Assembly (NCBI GenBank): GCA_963754315.1
Contig: CAVWFS010000006.1
Location: 160,001 to 224,000 of the forward strand
Source: an uncultured Candidatus Rokubacteria bacterium
GTDB taxonomy: Bacteria; Methylomirabilota; Methylomirabilia; Rokubacteriales; CSP1-6
Reading direction: 5' to 3'
Length of the DNA stretch: 64,000 bases
Numbering within the stretch: position 1 is the stretch's first letter; each line of letters begins with the position of its first letter. Under the pieces are notes generated by a model. That model did not search any database and had not been told where the DNA came from. It saw nothing but the letters and a program-made list of their open reading frames with translations. Below, piece by piece: positions 10,791 to 26,482 of the stretch. The position numbers were made by a program, and so were the translations under genes.

Positions 10791-12960
10791 CGCCGCGCAT
10801 CCTCGTCGTAATCCTGCTGGTCGGGCTGGCCGTACTGGCCGGGAGCCAACCCACCCTCGGGCAGACCACGGTCACGGTCCCGTCGGCGGAGGGGCAAGTC
10901 ACGGTCGTGGCAGACCGCATAGAGCAGTTCGGAACGGACAATCTGGTCGTGGCCACGGGCAACGTGGAAATCACCCGCGGCAACGCGCGCCTGATCGCCG
11001 ACCGGGCCGAGGTCAATCGCGAGACGGGCGACGTGGCAGCCGTGGGCCGTGTCATCTTCTACGATGGTGACGATCGGCTCGCGGGCGATCGCATCGACTA
11101 CAACTACAGGACCGGTACCGGCGTCGTCACCAACGGACAATCGCGTACGGCTCCCTACTACCGACTGAGCGGGGAGCGGATGGAACGGCTCGGCGAGGGC
11201 TTGTACGGCGTTCGCCGGGGCGTCTTCACGACCTGCGAGGACGACCCCCCCACATGGTCGTTTCGCGCCGCCGACGCGACGGCGGATCTCAACGACGCTG
11301 TGCACGGCACCCACGCCTCCTTCTGGGTGAAGGACATTCCCGTCATCCCGTGGTTGCCCGGCTTCTATGCGGCCATCCGGCGCGAGCGTCAGACCGGCTT
11401 CCTCTTCCCGGTGGCGGGCTACTCGGGCTTCAAGGGGTTCTTCGCCGAGATCCCCTTCTTCTGGGCGATCTCCGACAGTCAGGACGCGCTGATCTCTCTC
11501 GGATACATGACGGAGCGGGGGCCGGCGGGCAACGTCACCTATCGTTACATCATCTCACCGGAGAACCGGGGCAGCCTGACGGGGTTCCTGGTCTACGAGA
11601 GCCAGGTCAAGCAGGATCTCCGTGGATTTGCGAAGCTTCAAGCACGGCTGGGATATTACCAGGCAGCTCTCCCTGACCGCCGACGTCAACCGGGTGTCCA
11701 ACAACTCGTTCCTCCGCGACTACGCGGTGCCGCTGCAGTCGCGCGGCACGCAGTTCGTGCCTTCCAACGTCTTTCTGTCGCAGCGCTGGCCGACGTTCAA
11801 CCTGACGGGGAACGTCTTCTGGTATCAGGATCTGACCCAGCGCAGCCCGGTGGCGCTCCAGCGGCTGCCCCAGATCTTTTTCAACGGCGCTCCCCAGCCC
11901 GTCCCGGGGCTGCCCGGGTTTCTCTACCAGTTCGACACGAGCGCGGTGAACTTCGTGCGCGACGTGGGCTCCGAAGGTGGGCGACTCGCCGCGCTGCCTC
12001 TGATATCGCGGCCCACCCGCATCGCCGACGTGCTCACGGTCACCCCCTTCGCGGGCGGCATCTTTACTGGCTACACCAAGACGGTGACAGGCCTCAGCCC
12101 CGGACCCGGAGCGGGTATCGTCATCGAGGATACCAACAACGATGCCCTGCTGCGGGGACTGGCCATCTTGGGAGGAGACATCGAGGCACGCGCCTCGCGG
12201 ATCTATCAGGCCGGCTTCATGGGCATCGACGCGTTGATGCACATCGTCGAGCCACGCCTCAACTACACCTTCATCGGGGGCGGGGGGCTGGAGGGCGTGC
12301 CGCAGTGGACGGAGCTCGATCGGATCGACAATGCCAATCGCGTCACCTACTCGCTCATCAACCGGGTGTTTGGCAAGACCCTCGCGCCGGAAGGCACGGA
12401 AGCGCTGAAGCTCGAGGTGCTGCGATTCACCCTCGCGCAGTCGTACGACCTGATGCGGACCGAACAGCCCTTTTCATCGCTGTTCGGCGAGCTGATCGTC
12501 AACCCGAGCAACTTCCTGTACTTGCGCGGCGACGCGACATACGATTTCTACGGCGGCGGGTTCCAGTCCGTCACCACCCAACTCGGGCTGGTGCTGTCAC
12601 CCGAGAGGGCAGCCTGCCCTCGGCCTGACGAAGGCGTCCATCGGCTCGGCGGCGGCTGCCATCTCGACGACCTACGACAGGAACGCCAACGTCAACTTCG
12701 TGCAAGGTGTGGCGACCGCCGACATCACCCGCTTCTTGACCGCGCGCTTCCAGACGAACTGGAGCGTCGAGTCCGGCGCGTTCGTGGAGAACCGCTACGG
12801 GCTCGATATCAAGTTCCAGTGCTGGGCCGTGGCCCTCGAGTACATTACGCGGTTTCGGAACAGCAACGAGTTCCGGTTCACCGTGAACCTGTTGGGGGTG
12901 GGTGGGTTCGGCTCCGGATTCGGTTTGGGGACCTCGGGCTCTGGCTCGGGGCTGTTCTGA
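10787..12960 (+). CDS. lptD: LPS-assembly outer-membrane protein LptD-like; frameshifts near 11640 and 12600
   Basis: Signal peptide, OstA-like N-domain (ATGNVEI..LIADR), FTTC..PPTWSF, RQTGFLFP, beta-barrel-like aromatic strands, 'QCWAV' near the end and a terminal Phe; three ORF segments join. Confidence 0.8.
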
Positions 12961-14075
12961 TGGTTCCCCTCGTCGATCTCGCCCGTCAGCACGCGGCGCT
13001 CAAGGTCGAGCTGATGGTGGCCATGGAACGCGTCCTCGATTCGACGCGGTTCATCTTGGGCGTCGAGGGGGAAGCTCTGGAGGCCGAGGTAGCAAAGTTC
13101 TGCGGGGTTCGTCACGCCATCGGCGTGGCTTCGGGCACCGACGCCCTGCGGGTGACCTTGGCCGCCCTCGGGATTGGACCGGGGACCGAGGTCATCACCC
13201 CGGCCTTTTCCTTCATTGCCTCCAGCTCCACCATTCTGATGGCGGGGGCCACTCCGGTCTTCGCGGACATCGTGCCCGACATCTTTGCCCTTGACCCCCG
13301 AGCGGTCGAGCGTGCCATCACGCCCCGGACCAAGGTCGTCATGCCCGTTCACCTCTACGGCCACCCGGCGGCCATGGAGGATCTCACCCGCATCACGCGC
13401 CAGCACGGGCTGGCCTTGATCGAAGACGCAGCGCAGGCCATCGGCGCTGCCTACCACGGCCGTCCGGTCGGTGCCTGGGGTGACGCCGCGTGCCTTTCCT
13501 TCTATCCCACCAAGAACCTCGGGGCCTGCGGCGACGCCGGCATGATTCTGACCAACCGTGACGACCTGGCAGAGCGGGCGCGCCGCTTGCGTCACCATGG
13601 CGATGGTGGGCGCTATCGGCACCTCGAACTCGGGTGGTGCAGTCGGCTCGACGAGCTTCAGGCCGCGATCCTCCGCGTGAAGCTCGGTCGGCTCGCGGAG
13701 TGGATCGACGCGCGGCGGCGCATCGCCGACCGCTATCGGGAGGGGCTCACCGGGCTACCCCTCGGCCTGCCCACCGAGCATCCCGATGCTCGGCACGTGT
13801 ACTACCTTTACACCGTGCGCCATCCCCGACGTGACCAGTTCATCCAAGCCATGACCGATTTGGGCGTAGGTACCGCTGTTCATTACCCGATTCCGGTTCC
13901 CGATCAGCCGATGTTCAGACCGCCAGGACAGGGTGTCGTCGGCCCGGGCTGGGCCGAGAGCGCGCGAGCGGCGCGCGAGGTCGTCTCGCTCCCCTGCTAT
14001 CCGGAGCTCCGCGATGACGAGGTTGACACGGTGATCCGCGCTGTCCACGAGGCCTGTAATCGCGCGCGCGAATAG
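12960..14075 (+). CDS. DegT/DnrJ/EryC1/StrS family PLP-dependent sugar aminotransferase
   Basis: MVPLVDL, ASGTDAL, PVHLYG, IEDAAQA, SFYPTKNLGACGDAG, SRLDELQAAIL. Confidence 0.93.
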   Translation: MVPLVDLARQHAALKVELMVAMERVLDSTRFILGVEGEALEAEVAKFCGVRHAIGVASGTDALRVTLAALGIGPGTEVITPAFSFIASSSTILMAGATPVFADIVPDIFALDPRAVERAITPRTKVVMPVHLYGHPAAMEDLTRITRQHGLALIEDAAQAIGAAYHGRPVGAWGDAACLSFYPTKNLGACGDAGMILTNRDDLAERARRLRHHGDGGRYRHLELGWCSRLDELQAAILRVKLGRLAEWIDARRRIADRYREGLTGLPLGLPTEHPDARHVYYLYTVRHPRRDQFIQAMTDLGVGTAVHYPIPVPDQPMFRPPGQGVVGPGWAESARAAREVVSLPCYPELRDDEVDTVIRAVHEACNRARE

Positions 14076-14943
14076 CCTCACGGCCGTCCTCGTCTCCCTG
14101 CGCCCCCGGCAGTGGATCAAGAACCTCTTCGTACTGGGCGGGCTCATCTTCGCGCAGGAGTTGTTCACGCCGGCTGTGTGGGTGGCCCTGGCCGCCTTCG
14201 CGGTCTTCTGCGCCCTGTCGGGGGCCGTGTACCTGCTGAACGACATCGCCGATCGTGAGCGTGATCGCCTCCATCCCACGAAGCGACTGCGCCCGATCGC
14301 CTCGGGCCAGCTCCCGGTCGGCCGGGCGGCCACGGTTGCGGTCGTGCTCATCGTGCTCGGCCTGGCCGCGGCCTGGGTGATCGGACGCCCCTTCGCGGGG
14401 ACCGCCGTTGCCTACGTGCTGTTGCTGGCGATCTACTCAGTCTGGCTGAAGCATCTCGTGATCGCCGATGTCCTGACCGTGGCGCTGGGCTTCGTGCTGC
14501 GGGCCGTGGCGGGGGCGCTCGCCATCGGTGTGGTCTTCTCCGGCTGGCTCGTCATCTGCACGCTCCTCCTGGCCCTCTTCCTGGCCCTGGGCAAGCGGCG
14601 TCACGAGTATCTGACCCTCGGGGAGGACGCCCTCCGGCATCGACCGATCCTGGCCGAATATAGCGCTGGCTTACTCGACCAGATGATCGCGGTGGTCACG
14701 GCCTCCACCGTCACGGCCTACGCGCTCTACACCATGTCACCAGAGACGGTGGCGAAGTTTCACACGAATCTCTTGCCGGCCACGTTGCCGTTCGTGCTGT
14801 ACGGGATCTTTCGCTACCTCTATCTTCTGTATCGGCGGCAGCTGGGGGGAAATCCCTCGGAGCTCTTCCTCAATGACCGCCCGCTCCTCGTCAACACGGC
14901 CTGCTGGATGCTGGCCGTGCTCCTCATCATCTACGGTCGGTAG
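14041..14943 (+). CDS. UbiA-family polyprenyl-phosphate phosphoribosyltransferase (DPPR-synthase-like); start uncertain
   Basis: LRPRQWIKNL at 14098, YLLNDIADRERDRLHPTKRLRPIASG, YSVWLKH, GFVLRA, ALGKRRHE; no ATG/GTG upstream of the conserved N-terminus, CTG at 14041 is a candidate. Confidence 0.85.
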   Translation: MSTRPVIARANSLTAVLVSLRPRQWIKNLFVLGGLIFAQELFTPAVWVALAAFAVFCALSGAVYLLNDIADRERDRLHPTKRLRPIASGQLPVGRAATVAVVLIVLGLAAAWVIGRPFAGTAVAYVLLLAIYSVWLKHLVIADVLTVALGFVLRAVAGALAIGVVFSGWLVICTLLLALFLALGKRRHEYLTLGEDALRHRPILAEYSAGLLDQMIAVVTASTVTAYALYTMSPETVAKFHTNLLPATLPFVLYGIFRYLYLLYRRQLGGNPSELFLNDRPLLVNTACWMLAVLLIIYGR

Positions 14944-15042
14944 AGCGCCCCGCTGCTATTTCGTTCGACGCGGAGAGAGGCGATGACCGCGTGTGGGGTA
15001 CACTCGGAGAGCGATGAGTGTCACGAGGCGCGGTGACGGATC

Positions 15043-16458
15043 ATGAGGGCGCCGGTTCGTGTGCGCTTCGCGCCGAGCCCGTCCGGGCACCTGCATGTGG
15101 GCGGGGCGCGGACGGCCCTCTTCAACTGGCTCTTCGCCCGCCACCAGGGCGGGCAGTTCGTCCTCCGTATTGAGGACACCGATCGCTCGCGCTCCACGGA
15201 CGAGAACATCGCGTCGATCATCGAGGCCCTCCAGTGGCTGGGCCTCGACTGGGACGAAGGGCCGCCCACGCCCGGCTATCGCCAGACCGAGCGGCTCGAC
15301 ACCTACGCCGAGCACGCCCGGCGCCTCCTGAGCGTCGGCCGCGCGTATTATTGTGACTGCTCACCCGAGATGCTCGACCTCGCCCGCGAGGAAATGCAGC
15401 GGCGAGGGGAAACCTTTCGGTACTCCGGACGCTGCCGGGACCGCGGGCTCGCGGCAGGCGCGCTCCGCCTGCGCATTCCGGAGCACGGCACCACCGTCGT
15501 CGACGACCTCATTCACGGGGCCGTCAGCTTCGACCATCAGCAGCTCGACGACTGGATCCTGGTCCGCACGGACGGGACGCCGACCTATAACTTCTGCGTG
15601 GTGGTCGACGACGTGACCATGGCGATCAGCCACGTCATCCGTGGAAACGATCATCTTTCGAACACACCCAAGCAGATGCTCTGCTACGAGGCCCTCGGGT
15701 ACGCGGTGCCCGCCTTCGCCCACGTCCCCATGATCCTCGGATCGGACAAGAGCCGTCTGTCCAAGCGCCATGGAGCCACCTCGATCCAAGCCTTCCGGGA
15801 CGCCGGCATTCCTGCCGAAGCCATGGTGAACTACCTGGCGCGCCTGGGCTGGTCGCATGGCGACCAGGAAATCTTCACCCGCGGGGAATTGGTCGCCCTC
15901 TTCGACATCAAGGACGTCGGGGCCTCGGGCGCCGTGTTCGACGTGACCAAGCTCGAGTGGTTGTCCCAGCACTACCTGAAGCAGCTCCCGGCTTCGGAGC
16001 TCGCGGTCCGCCTTCAACCGTTTCTGGCCGCGCGAGGCATCGAGGTCGCTGCCGACGACCGGCTGGCCCGGATCGCGCAAACGCTCAAGGAGCGCGCGAA
16101 GACGCTGGGGGACCTGGCCGAGCAGGCGCGCTTCTACTTCGAGGCGCCGACGTCCTACGACGTCCAGGCTGCCGCGAAGCTGTTCACCGCCGAGGGAGCC
16201 GGTCGACTTGCGCGCCTGGCGGAGTGTCTGGGGCGGGTGGCAAGCTGGGATCCGGCGGCGATCGAGGTCGCGGTCCGAGAGCTGGCGGCGCAGCTTGGGC
16301 TCAAGCTGGTAGATCTGGCGCAGCTGAGCCGGCTGGCGGTGACGGGACGCACCGCCTCTCCGCCGATCTTCGACGTGCTCGCCCTCGTCGGGCGCGAGGA
16401 AGTGCTGGCGCGTCTGGGGCGGGCCCAGGCGATCACGGCGCAGGAGACACGTTCATGA
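15043..16458 (+). CDS. gltX: Glutamate--tRNA ligase
   Basis: RFAPSPSGHLHVGG (HIGH), LRIEDTD, HVIRGNDH, LSKRHGA (KMSKS). Confidence 0.97.
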   Translation: MRAPVRVRFAPSPSGHLHVGGARTALFNWLFARHQGGQFVLRIEDTDRSRSTDENIASIIEALQWLGLDWDEGPPTPGYRQTERLDTYAEHARRLLSVGRAYYCDCSPEMLDLAREEMQRRGETFRYSGRCRDRGLAAGALRLRIPEHGTTVVDDLIHGAVSFDHQQLDDWILVRTDGTPTYNFCVVVDDVTMAISHVIRGNDHLSNTPKQMLCYEALGYAVPAFAHVPMILGSDKSRLSKRHGATSIQAFRDAGIPAEAMVNYLARLGWSHGDQEIFTRGELVALFDIKDVGASGAVFDVTKLEWLSQHYLKQLPASELAVRLQPFLAARGIEVAADDRLARIAQTLKERAKTLGDLAEQARFYFEAPTSYDVQAAAKLFTAEGAGRLARLAECLGRVASWDPAAIEVAVRELAAQLGLKLVDLAQLSRLAVTGRTASPPIFDVLALVGREEVLARLGRAQAITAQETRS

Positions 16459-16474
16459 CTAGTCCGCGCGTGGC

Positions 16475-17103
16475 GTGAGACTGCTGCTAGCCCGTCACGG
16501 CCAGACAGCCTGGAACGCCAGCCGGCGCTTTCAAGGCTCGACCGATGTTGGCCTGTCCGAGCGAGGTCGGGCCCAGGCGGCCGCGCTGGGGCAGAGACTC
16601 GGCGGCCGGCGGCTGACCGCCGTGTACGTGAGCCCGTTACTCCGGGCGCGCGAGACGGCCGCGATCGCCCTCGAAGGGAGGGGGAGCGTTCTCCCGGTCG
16701 TCGCCATGGACGAGCTGCGGGAGCTGTCGCTCGGGCAGTGGGAGGGACGAACGGTCGAGGAGATCAAGGGCCAGGAGGGCGATCCGTATCTGGCGTGGCT
16801 CCGCGCCCCGCACGATTACGTGCCGCCGGGGGGTGAGCCCCTCGACGGCGTGGCGACTCGGGTGCGTTGCGCGTTCGATCGCATCGCGTCCGCCCATGCC
16901 GAGGAGGACGAGGTTTTGGTGGTCGCGCACGGGGGTGTCATCAGCGTGTACGCGTGCGCCCTGCTGGGGTCGTCGTTCAATTTCCTCTGGCGGTTGCGCG
17001 TGGACAACTGCTCGCTGACCGTGGTCAAACCGCCACGTCTCGTCTCCGTCAACGACACCTCTCACCTCACGGCGGAGCTCAAGAGTCAGCACCTGACCCG
17101 GGC

Positions 17104-17107
<4 letters not shown>
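16475..17107 (+). CDS. Histidine phosphatase (phosphoglycerate mutase) family protein
   Basis: LARHGQT, LRELSLGQWEG, VVAHGGVI, NDTSHL. Confidence 0.9.
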
Positions 17108-21446
<4,339 letters not shown>

Positions 21447-21453
21447 AGCCCCA

Positions 21454-24032
21454 ATGCCGACCTTCTACATCGTCGACGGGCATTCGCACCTCTTCCGGGC
21501 CTACCACGCGGTGGGGTACCTCTCGACCTCCAAGGGGGTTCCGAGCCACGCCGTGCTCATTCTGAGCACGATGCTCTGGAAACTCATTCGCGAGGAGCAG
21601 CCCGACTACCTCGGTGTCGCCTGGGATCCTCCTGGGCCCACCTTCCGGGACACGCTCTTCACCGAGTACAAGGCCACGCGGACGTCGATGCCCAACGACC
21701 TCGTGCAGCAATTGCCGTATGTCCGCCGTCTTCTCGAGGCACTGCGGGTGCCGGCGCTCGAGGTGGCCGGATTCGAGGCGGACGATGTGCTCGCAACCCT
21801 GGTCGAGCGGGCTCGCGCCCCCGGCGTCGAGATCACGGTGGTGAGCGGCGACAAGGACCTGCTCCAGCTTGTGGGTCCGGGGGTGCGGGCGCTCTCGGTG
21901 CTGGGGCGCACAGGTGAGCGGATCGTCTACGACGAGGGTAAGGTGCGCGAACGGTGGGGGGTCGCTCCGGCCCAGATTCCCGATGTGCTCGCTCTCATGG
22001 GTGACGCGATCGACAACATCCCCGGCGTGAAAGGGGTCGGTGAGAAGACCGCGGTCAAGCTCATCAGTCAGTTCGGGAGCGTCGACCGACTCTTCGAGAA
22101 CCTCTCGCTGGTTCCCGGAAAACTCCGAGAGACCTTGGCTACTCAGCGCCGGCAAGCAATGCTGTCGCGCGAGCTGGCCGTACTCTCTCGCGCGGTACCG
22201 CTCAGTTTCGACCTCGAAGCGTTCCGCCGCGTCGAACCCGACTGGACGAAGCTGCGCGCCCTGTGGATGGAGATGGAGTTCGCGCGCCTGGTCAAGGAGT
22301 TGCCGGCCCAGAGGGTCGAGACGCACGTCGGGCCCGCGACGGCCCTGACGTCGCGCGAGTCACTCGAGGCGTGGCTGGCAGCGCTGCCCTCGGGGGCTCC
22401 CGTGGCGATGGAGTGGACGGGAACGGCAGCGCCGCCGGACCCGAGTATGCGGGCTCTCGCGGTGTTTCATCCCGACGCGGTGCCGGCCACGGTCGCGCTG
22501 GACATCGCGGCCCCAGGGCTGGCCTCGCGGGACCTCATCGTACATGACGCCAAGCCCCTCCTCGAGTGGTGGCTGGCGGCTGGCCCGACTCCAGCGCGGT
22601 TCGAGGACAGCGCGGTCGCTTCTTACCTTCTGAACCCAGCCCGTCAAACCTATCGCCTCGACGAGATCTGTATGGAGGCGTTCGGGGAATGTCCGCCCGC
22701 GCTGGGAGCCTCTGACACGACCGCTGGTGCGGACCCTGGTCCGGTACTGGCGGAGCGCGCCCGCTGGCTCTGGCGGTACTGGGAGCACGTGCGCCGCGAG
22801 CTCGACGAGCGCGCGCTGCTCCGGATCTACGAAGACATCGAGCGGCCGCTGGTGCCCGTGCTGGCAGTGATGGAGCGCCATGGCATCCGGGTCGATCCGC
22901 AGCGCCTGGGGGACTTCGCCAAGGAGCTGGAGCGCCAGCTCGAAAACCTTACCCGCGAGATCTACACGGTGGCCGGGGAGGAGTTCACCATCGCCTCGCC
23001 CAAGCAACTCGGGCATATCCTCTTCGAGAAGCTCAAACTGCCTGTGATGCGGCGCACCAAGACGGGCTACTCCACCGACGCCGACGTCCTGACCGAGCTG
23101 GCGGTGGGCCACACCTTGCCGGGCAAGGTCCTCGAGCACCGCACCTTGGCCAAACTGAAGAACACCTACGCCGACACCCTGCCGGGGCTCGTGAATCCTG
23201 CCACCGGCCGCATCCACACGACGTTCAATCAGCTGGTGGCGGCGACCGGACGGCTCAGCTCGCAGGATCCCAATCTCATGAACATCCCGATCCGCACCGA
23301 GCTCGGGCGGCGCATTCGTGCCGCCTTCATTCCCGAGCCAGGCTGGCATTTCGTGGCGGCCGACTATTCGCAGATCGAGCTCCGCATCCTGGCCCATCTC
23401 TCGGGAGAGCCGGCCATCATCGCCTCCTTTCAACGCGGCGAGGACATTCACCAACGCACGGCCTCGGAGGTCTTCCGGGTTCCCCCCGAAGCGGTGTCGG
23501 CGCTTCAACGCACCATCGCCAAGAGCGCAAACTACGCCATCCTCTACGGCGTCTCCGCCTTCGGCCTCTCTCAAGCCACCAAGATCGATCAGAAGGAGGC
23601 GCAGCGCTACATCAGCGACTATTTCGCCGCCCACCCCCGCGTGCGCGCCTTCATCGACCGCACCCTCGCCGAGGGGCGCGCGCAGGGCTACGTCAGCACC
23701 TTGCTCGGACGTCGACGGTATTTGCCCGATCTCAGGTCCGGCAATCCGGTCGCCCGCAATGCGGCTGAGCGCATGGCCATGAACGCGCCGGTGCAGGGGA
23801 CGGCCAGTGACATGATCAAGATCGCCATGGTGCGCATGCAGGAGGCGCTTGACAGGAGGGGCCTGGCGACCCGGATGCTCTTGCAGGTCCACGACGAGTT
23901 GCTGTTCGAGGCGCCCCCCGGCGAGGTCGCCGAGATCGAGCACTGGCCACCGAGATCATGGCCAATGCGCTTCCGCTCAACGTCCCCATCGTGGTTGACG
24001 TGAAATCAGGCTCTGACTGGTCCCACGTGTAG
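21454..24032 (+). CDS. polA: DNA polymerase I; frameshift near 23940
   Basis: IVDGHSHLFRAY, FEADD, GDAIDNIPGVKGVGEKTA, TGRLSSQDPNL, ADYSQIELR, NAPVQG, LLQVHDEL; shifted tail LNVPIVVDVKSGSDWSHV*. Confidence 0.95.
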
Positions 24033-24042
24033 GACGCGCGAC

Positions 24043-24682
24043 GTGGCGGCATTCCTGCTGGTGGGGTTGACCGGCGGCATCGCGACCGGCAAGAGCACGG
24101 TGTCGGACATGTTCCGTTCCCTGGGTGCGGTGATCATCGATGCCGACCTCCTCGCGCGGCAGGTGGTAGAGCCGGGCGAGCCCGCCTACGCGGATATCGT
24201 GACCGAGTTTGGGCCCGACGTCGTGCAGGTCGACCGCGCTCTCGACCGCAAGCGATTGGGCGCCATCGTGTTCGCCGACCCCGAGCGGCGGCGCCGGCTG
24301 GAAGCCATCACCCATCCGCGAATTCGCGAGCGGTTCGCGCGTCGGGTGCAAGAACTCACGGACCAGGGGTTCGAGGGGGTCGTCATCTTCGATGCTCCCG
24401 TCATGATCGAAAGCGGCAATTACCGAAACATGGATCGATTGGTGGTGGTGGCGACGGACGAGGCGACCCAACGCGCCAGGCTGCACGCGCGGGACCAGCG
24501 CCGACGAGGCCGAAGTAACGCGGCGGATCGCCAGTCAAATGCCCCTCGCCGAGAAGGTCAAGCTTGCCGACTACGTGATCGACAACAGCGGCGAGCGCTC
24601 CGCGACTCAGGATCAGGTCCGGCGCGTCCATGCGGCTCTCATGGCCGATTTGCGTGCGCGCCGCCTCGACCGGGCTCGGTGA
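24043..24682 (+). CDS. coaE: Dephospho-CoA kinase; frameshift near 24497
   Basis: VGLTGGIATGKS, IIDAD, LEAITHPRI; the shifted frame gives RIASQMPLAEKVKLADYVIDNSG and ends at TGA 24680-24682. Confidence 0.92.
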
Positions 24683-25515
24683 GCGCCCGCAGCCGGCGCC
24701 AGACCCTCGGCCAGCACTTCCTCGGTGACGTCGGCGTCGCGCGCGCCATCGTCGACACCATCGCGCCGCGCTCGACCGACCTCGTGGTCGAGATCGGGCC
24801 CGGGCGGGGGGTGTTGACCGGGGAACTGGCCCGCCGGGCTGGACAACTGATCGCGCTCGAGATCGATTCGACCCTCGTCCCGGCCTTGCGGACGCGCTTC
24901 CCAAGCGTCATGGTGGTGCAGGCCGACGCGCGAAGCTGGCCCTACTCGAGCCTTGTCCGACCCCCCGGAGGCCGGGTGGTGGTGGTGGGGAACCTTCCCT
25001 ACAGTGCCGGAACGGTTATCCTCACGGCGCTGATTGCAGCGCGATCGGCGATTGATGAAATGGTGATCATGCTGCAGCGCGAGGTCGCCGAGCGCGTGGC
25101 CGCGACCCCGGGTAGCAAGAGCTACGGGAGTCTCTCTGTCCTCACCCAGCTCGTGAGCGAGCCCACGGTCGTTCTCACAGTTCCTCCGGGGGCGTTTCGG
25201 CCGCCTCCCAAGGTGGAGTCGGCACTACTTCGGGTGAGGGTTCTGCCGGCGCCCCGCATATCTGTCCCGGACGAGGAGAGGTTTCGCGCGGTCGTCCGTG
25301 CGGCCTTCGCTCAGCGCCGAAAGACCATCGCCAACTCGCTCGCGACCGCGCTGGCGCTCCCTTCGGAGCGGGTCCGCGACGCCCTAGAGACCGCCGGGAT
25401 CGATGCGACTCGACGCGCTGAAACCCTCAGCCTCGAGGAGTTCGCGCATCTCACCGCGCGTCTCTCCGAATCCATCAGCACCCCCGGTCGTATCCCGGGC
25501 CGCGGTCACGCGTAA
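24679..25515 (+). CDS. rsmA: 16S rRNA m6,2A dimethyltransferase
   Basis: LGQHFL, VEIGPGRGVLT, VGNLPY, MLQREVAER, FRPPPKVESA, AFAQRRKT, RAETLS. Confidence 0.95.
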   Translation: MSARSRRQTLGQHFLGDVGVARAIVDTIAPRSTDLVVEIGPGRGVLTGELARRAGQLIALEIDSTLVPALRTRFPSVMVVQADARSWPYSSLVRPPGGRVVVVGNLPYSAGTVILTALIAARSAIDEMVIMLQREVAERVAATPGSKSYGSLSVLTQLVSEPTVVLTVPPGAFRPPPKVESALLRVRVLPAPRISVPDEERFRAVVRAAFAQRRKTIANSLATALALPSERVRDALETAGIDATRRAETLSLEEFAHLTARLSESISTPGRIPGRGHA

Positions 25516-25519
25516 AACG

Positions 25520-25588
25520 CCGAACGCCCCGGGGAACCCGGGGCGCTCGGAGCGAAGGGGCCATGGGGGGCCTCCAAGGCCCCCCATG
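25520..25588 (+). repeat. Single copy of the two-hairpin repeat between convergent rsmA and pal; may act as a bidirectional terminator
   Basis: CGCCCCGGG-GAA-CCCGGGGCG (25525-25545), GAGCGAAGGGG linker, CATGGGGGGCCT-CCA-AGGCCCCCCATG (25562-25588, perfect 12-bp stem). Confidence 0.8.
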
Positions 25589-25595
25589 CGGTCGG

Positions 25596-26230
25596 TTACT
25601 TAGGCTTTGTCAGGAACTGGTCGTTACGGTTCATTGCGTGGCACTTGTCCTTCGGCGGCTTGTCCGTGCAGATCGGCCGCTCCTCGCCGTAGCTGACCGT
25701 GGAGATGCGATCTCCTGCCACGCCCTTGGAGACGAGATAGTTCTGGGCGGCCTTGGCCCGGCGATCACCGAGGGCCAAGTTGTACTCGACCGTGCCGCGC
25801 TCATCGGTGTTGCCCGTGATGAGCAGCAGCATGTTCGGGTTCGCCTTCAACCAGTCGGCGTTCCCGTCGAGGATCTTTGCGTCTCCCTTGCGGATGTTCG
25901 ACTTGTCAAAGTCGAAGTGGATCATCTTGAGGTTCGGGTTCGGCTCGAACTGCGCCGGAGCCGGACGTGGCGCTGGCGGAGGTGGCGTCGGCGGCGGTGG
26001 CGGCGGCGGCGTCGGCGGTGGCGGCGGTGGTGGCGCCTGGACAACGGGCGGCGGCGGCGGCGGTGGTGGCGGAGCGGCGGCGGTGGTGGGGGGGTTGGCT
26101 TTGGCGGTGCGGCAACGACCGGTGCCGGCGCCGAGGCCTGTGTCACGGTCGGCCGCTTGGCGCAGCCTGCCGTAACGATGGAACTCACCGCGACGGCGGC
26201 CAGGGCGAAGTACAAGTAACGATTTCGCAT
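25596..26230 (-). CDS. pal: Peptidoglycan-associated lipoprotein with a long polyproline linker; frameshift near 26075
   Basis: Lipobox VTAGC; OmpA-like domain IHFDFDKSNI, GNTDERGTVEYNLALGDRRA, SYGEERP, NRND. Confidence 0.9.
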
Positions 26231-26482
26231 GCGTCCCCCCCTTGTCAGTGATGGCCTGTCGAACTGCCCTTTATTCCCTACCATGTTTTTCCCCCCTGCG
26301 TAAAAAGGAATCGCGGGGGGTGTCGCGCGCTAAGTATAACGGGTTGGAAACTATAAGTGAAATGAATCTGCGGTCTTCCTGCCGACCGCGGTTCAGGCCG
26401 GTGCTGAGGGGTTTCGAGAGGTCCCCCGAAACTTCGGATCGGCGAGTGCCGGATGCTACGATGACCGCACGAAAGGAGCCCC

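Noticed and set aside
11622..14075. LptD-aminotransferase fusion (817-aa ORF)
   Set aside because: The true LptD C-terminus is in another frame ending at 12960; the DegT gene has its own ATG at 12960
24043..25515. CoaE-RsmA fusion (490-aa ORF)
   Set aside because: The conserved CoaE C-terminus (SQMPLAEK..ADYVIDNSG) is in another frame and ends at a GTGA overlap at 24679-24682
25563..26251. Gly-rich or Arg/Trp-rich peptides on the + strand
   Set aside because: They are antisense readings of the Pal polyproline linker
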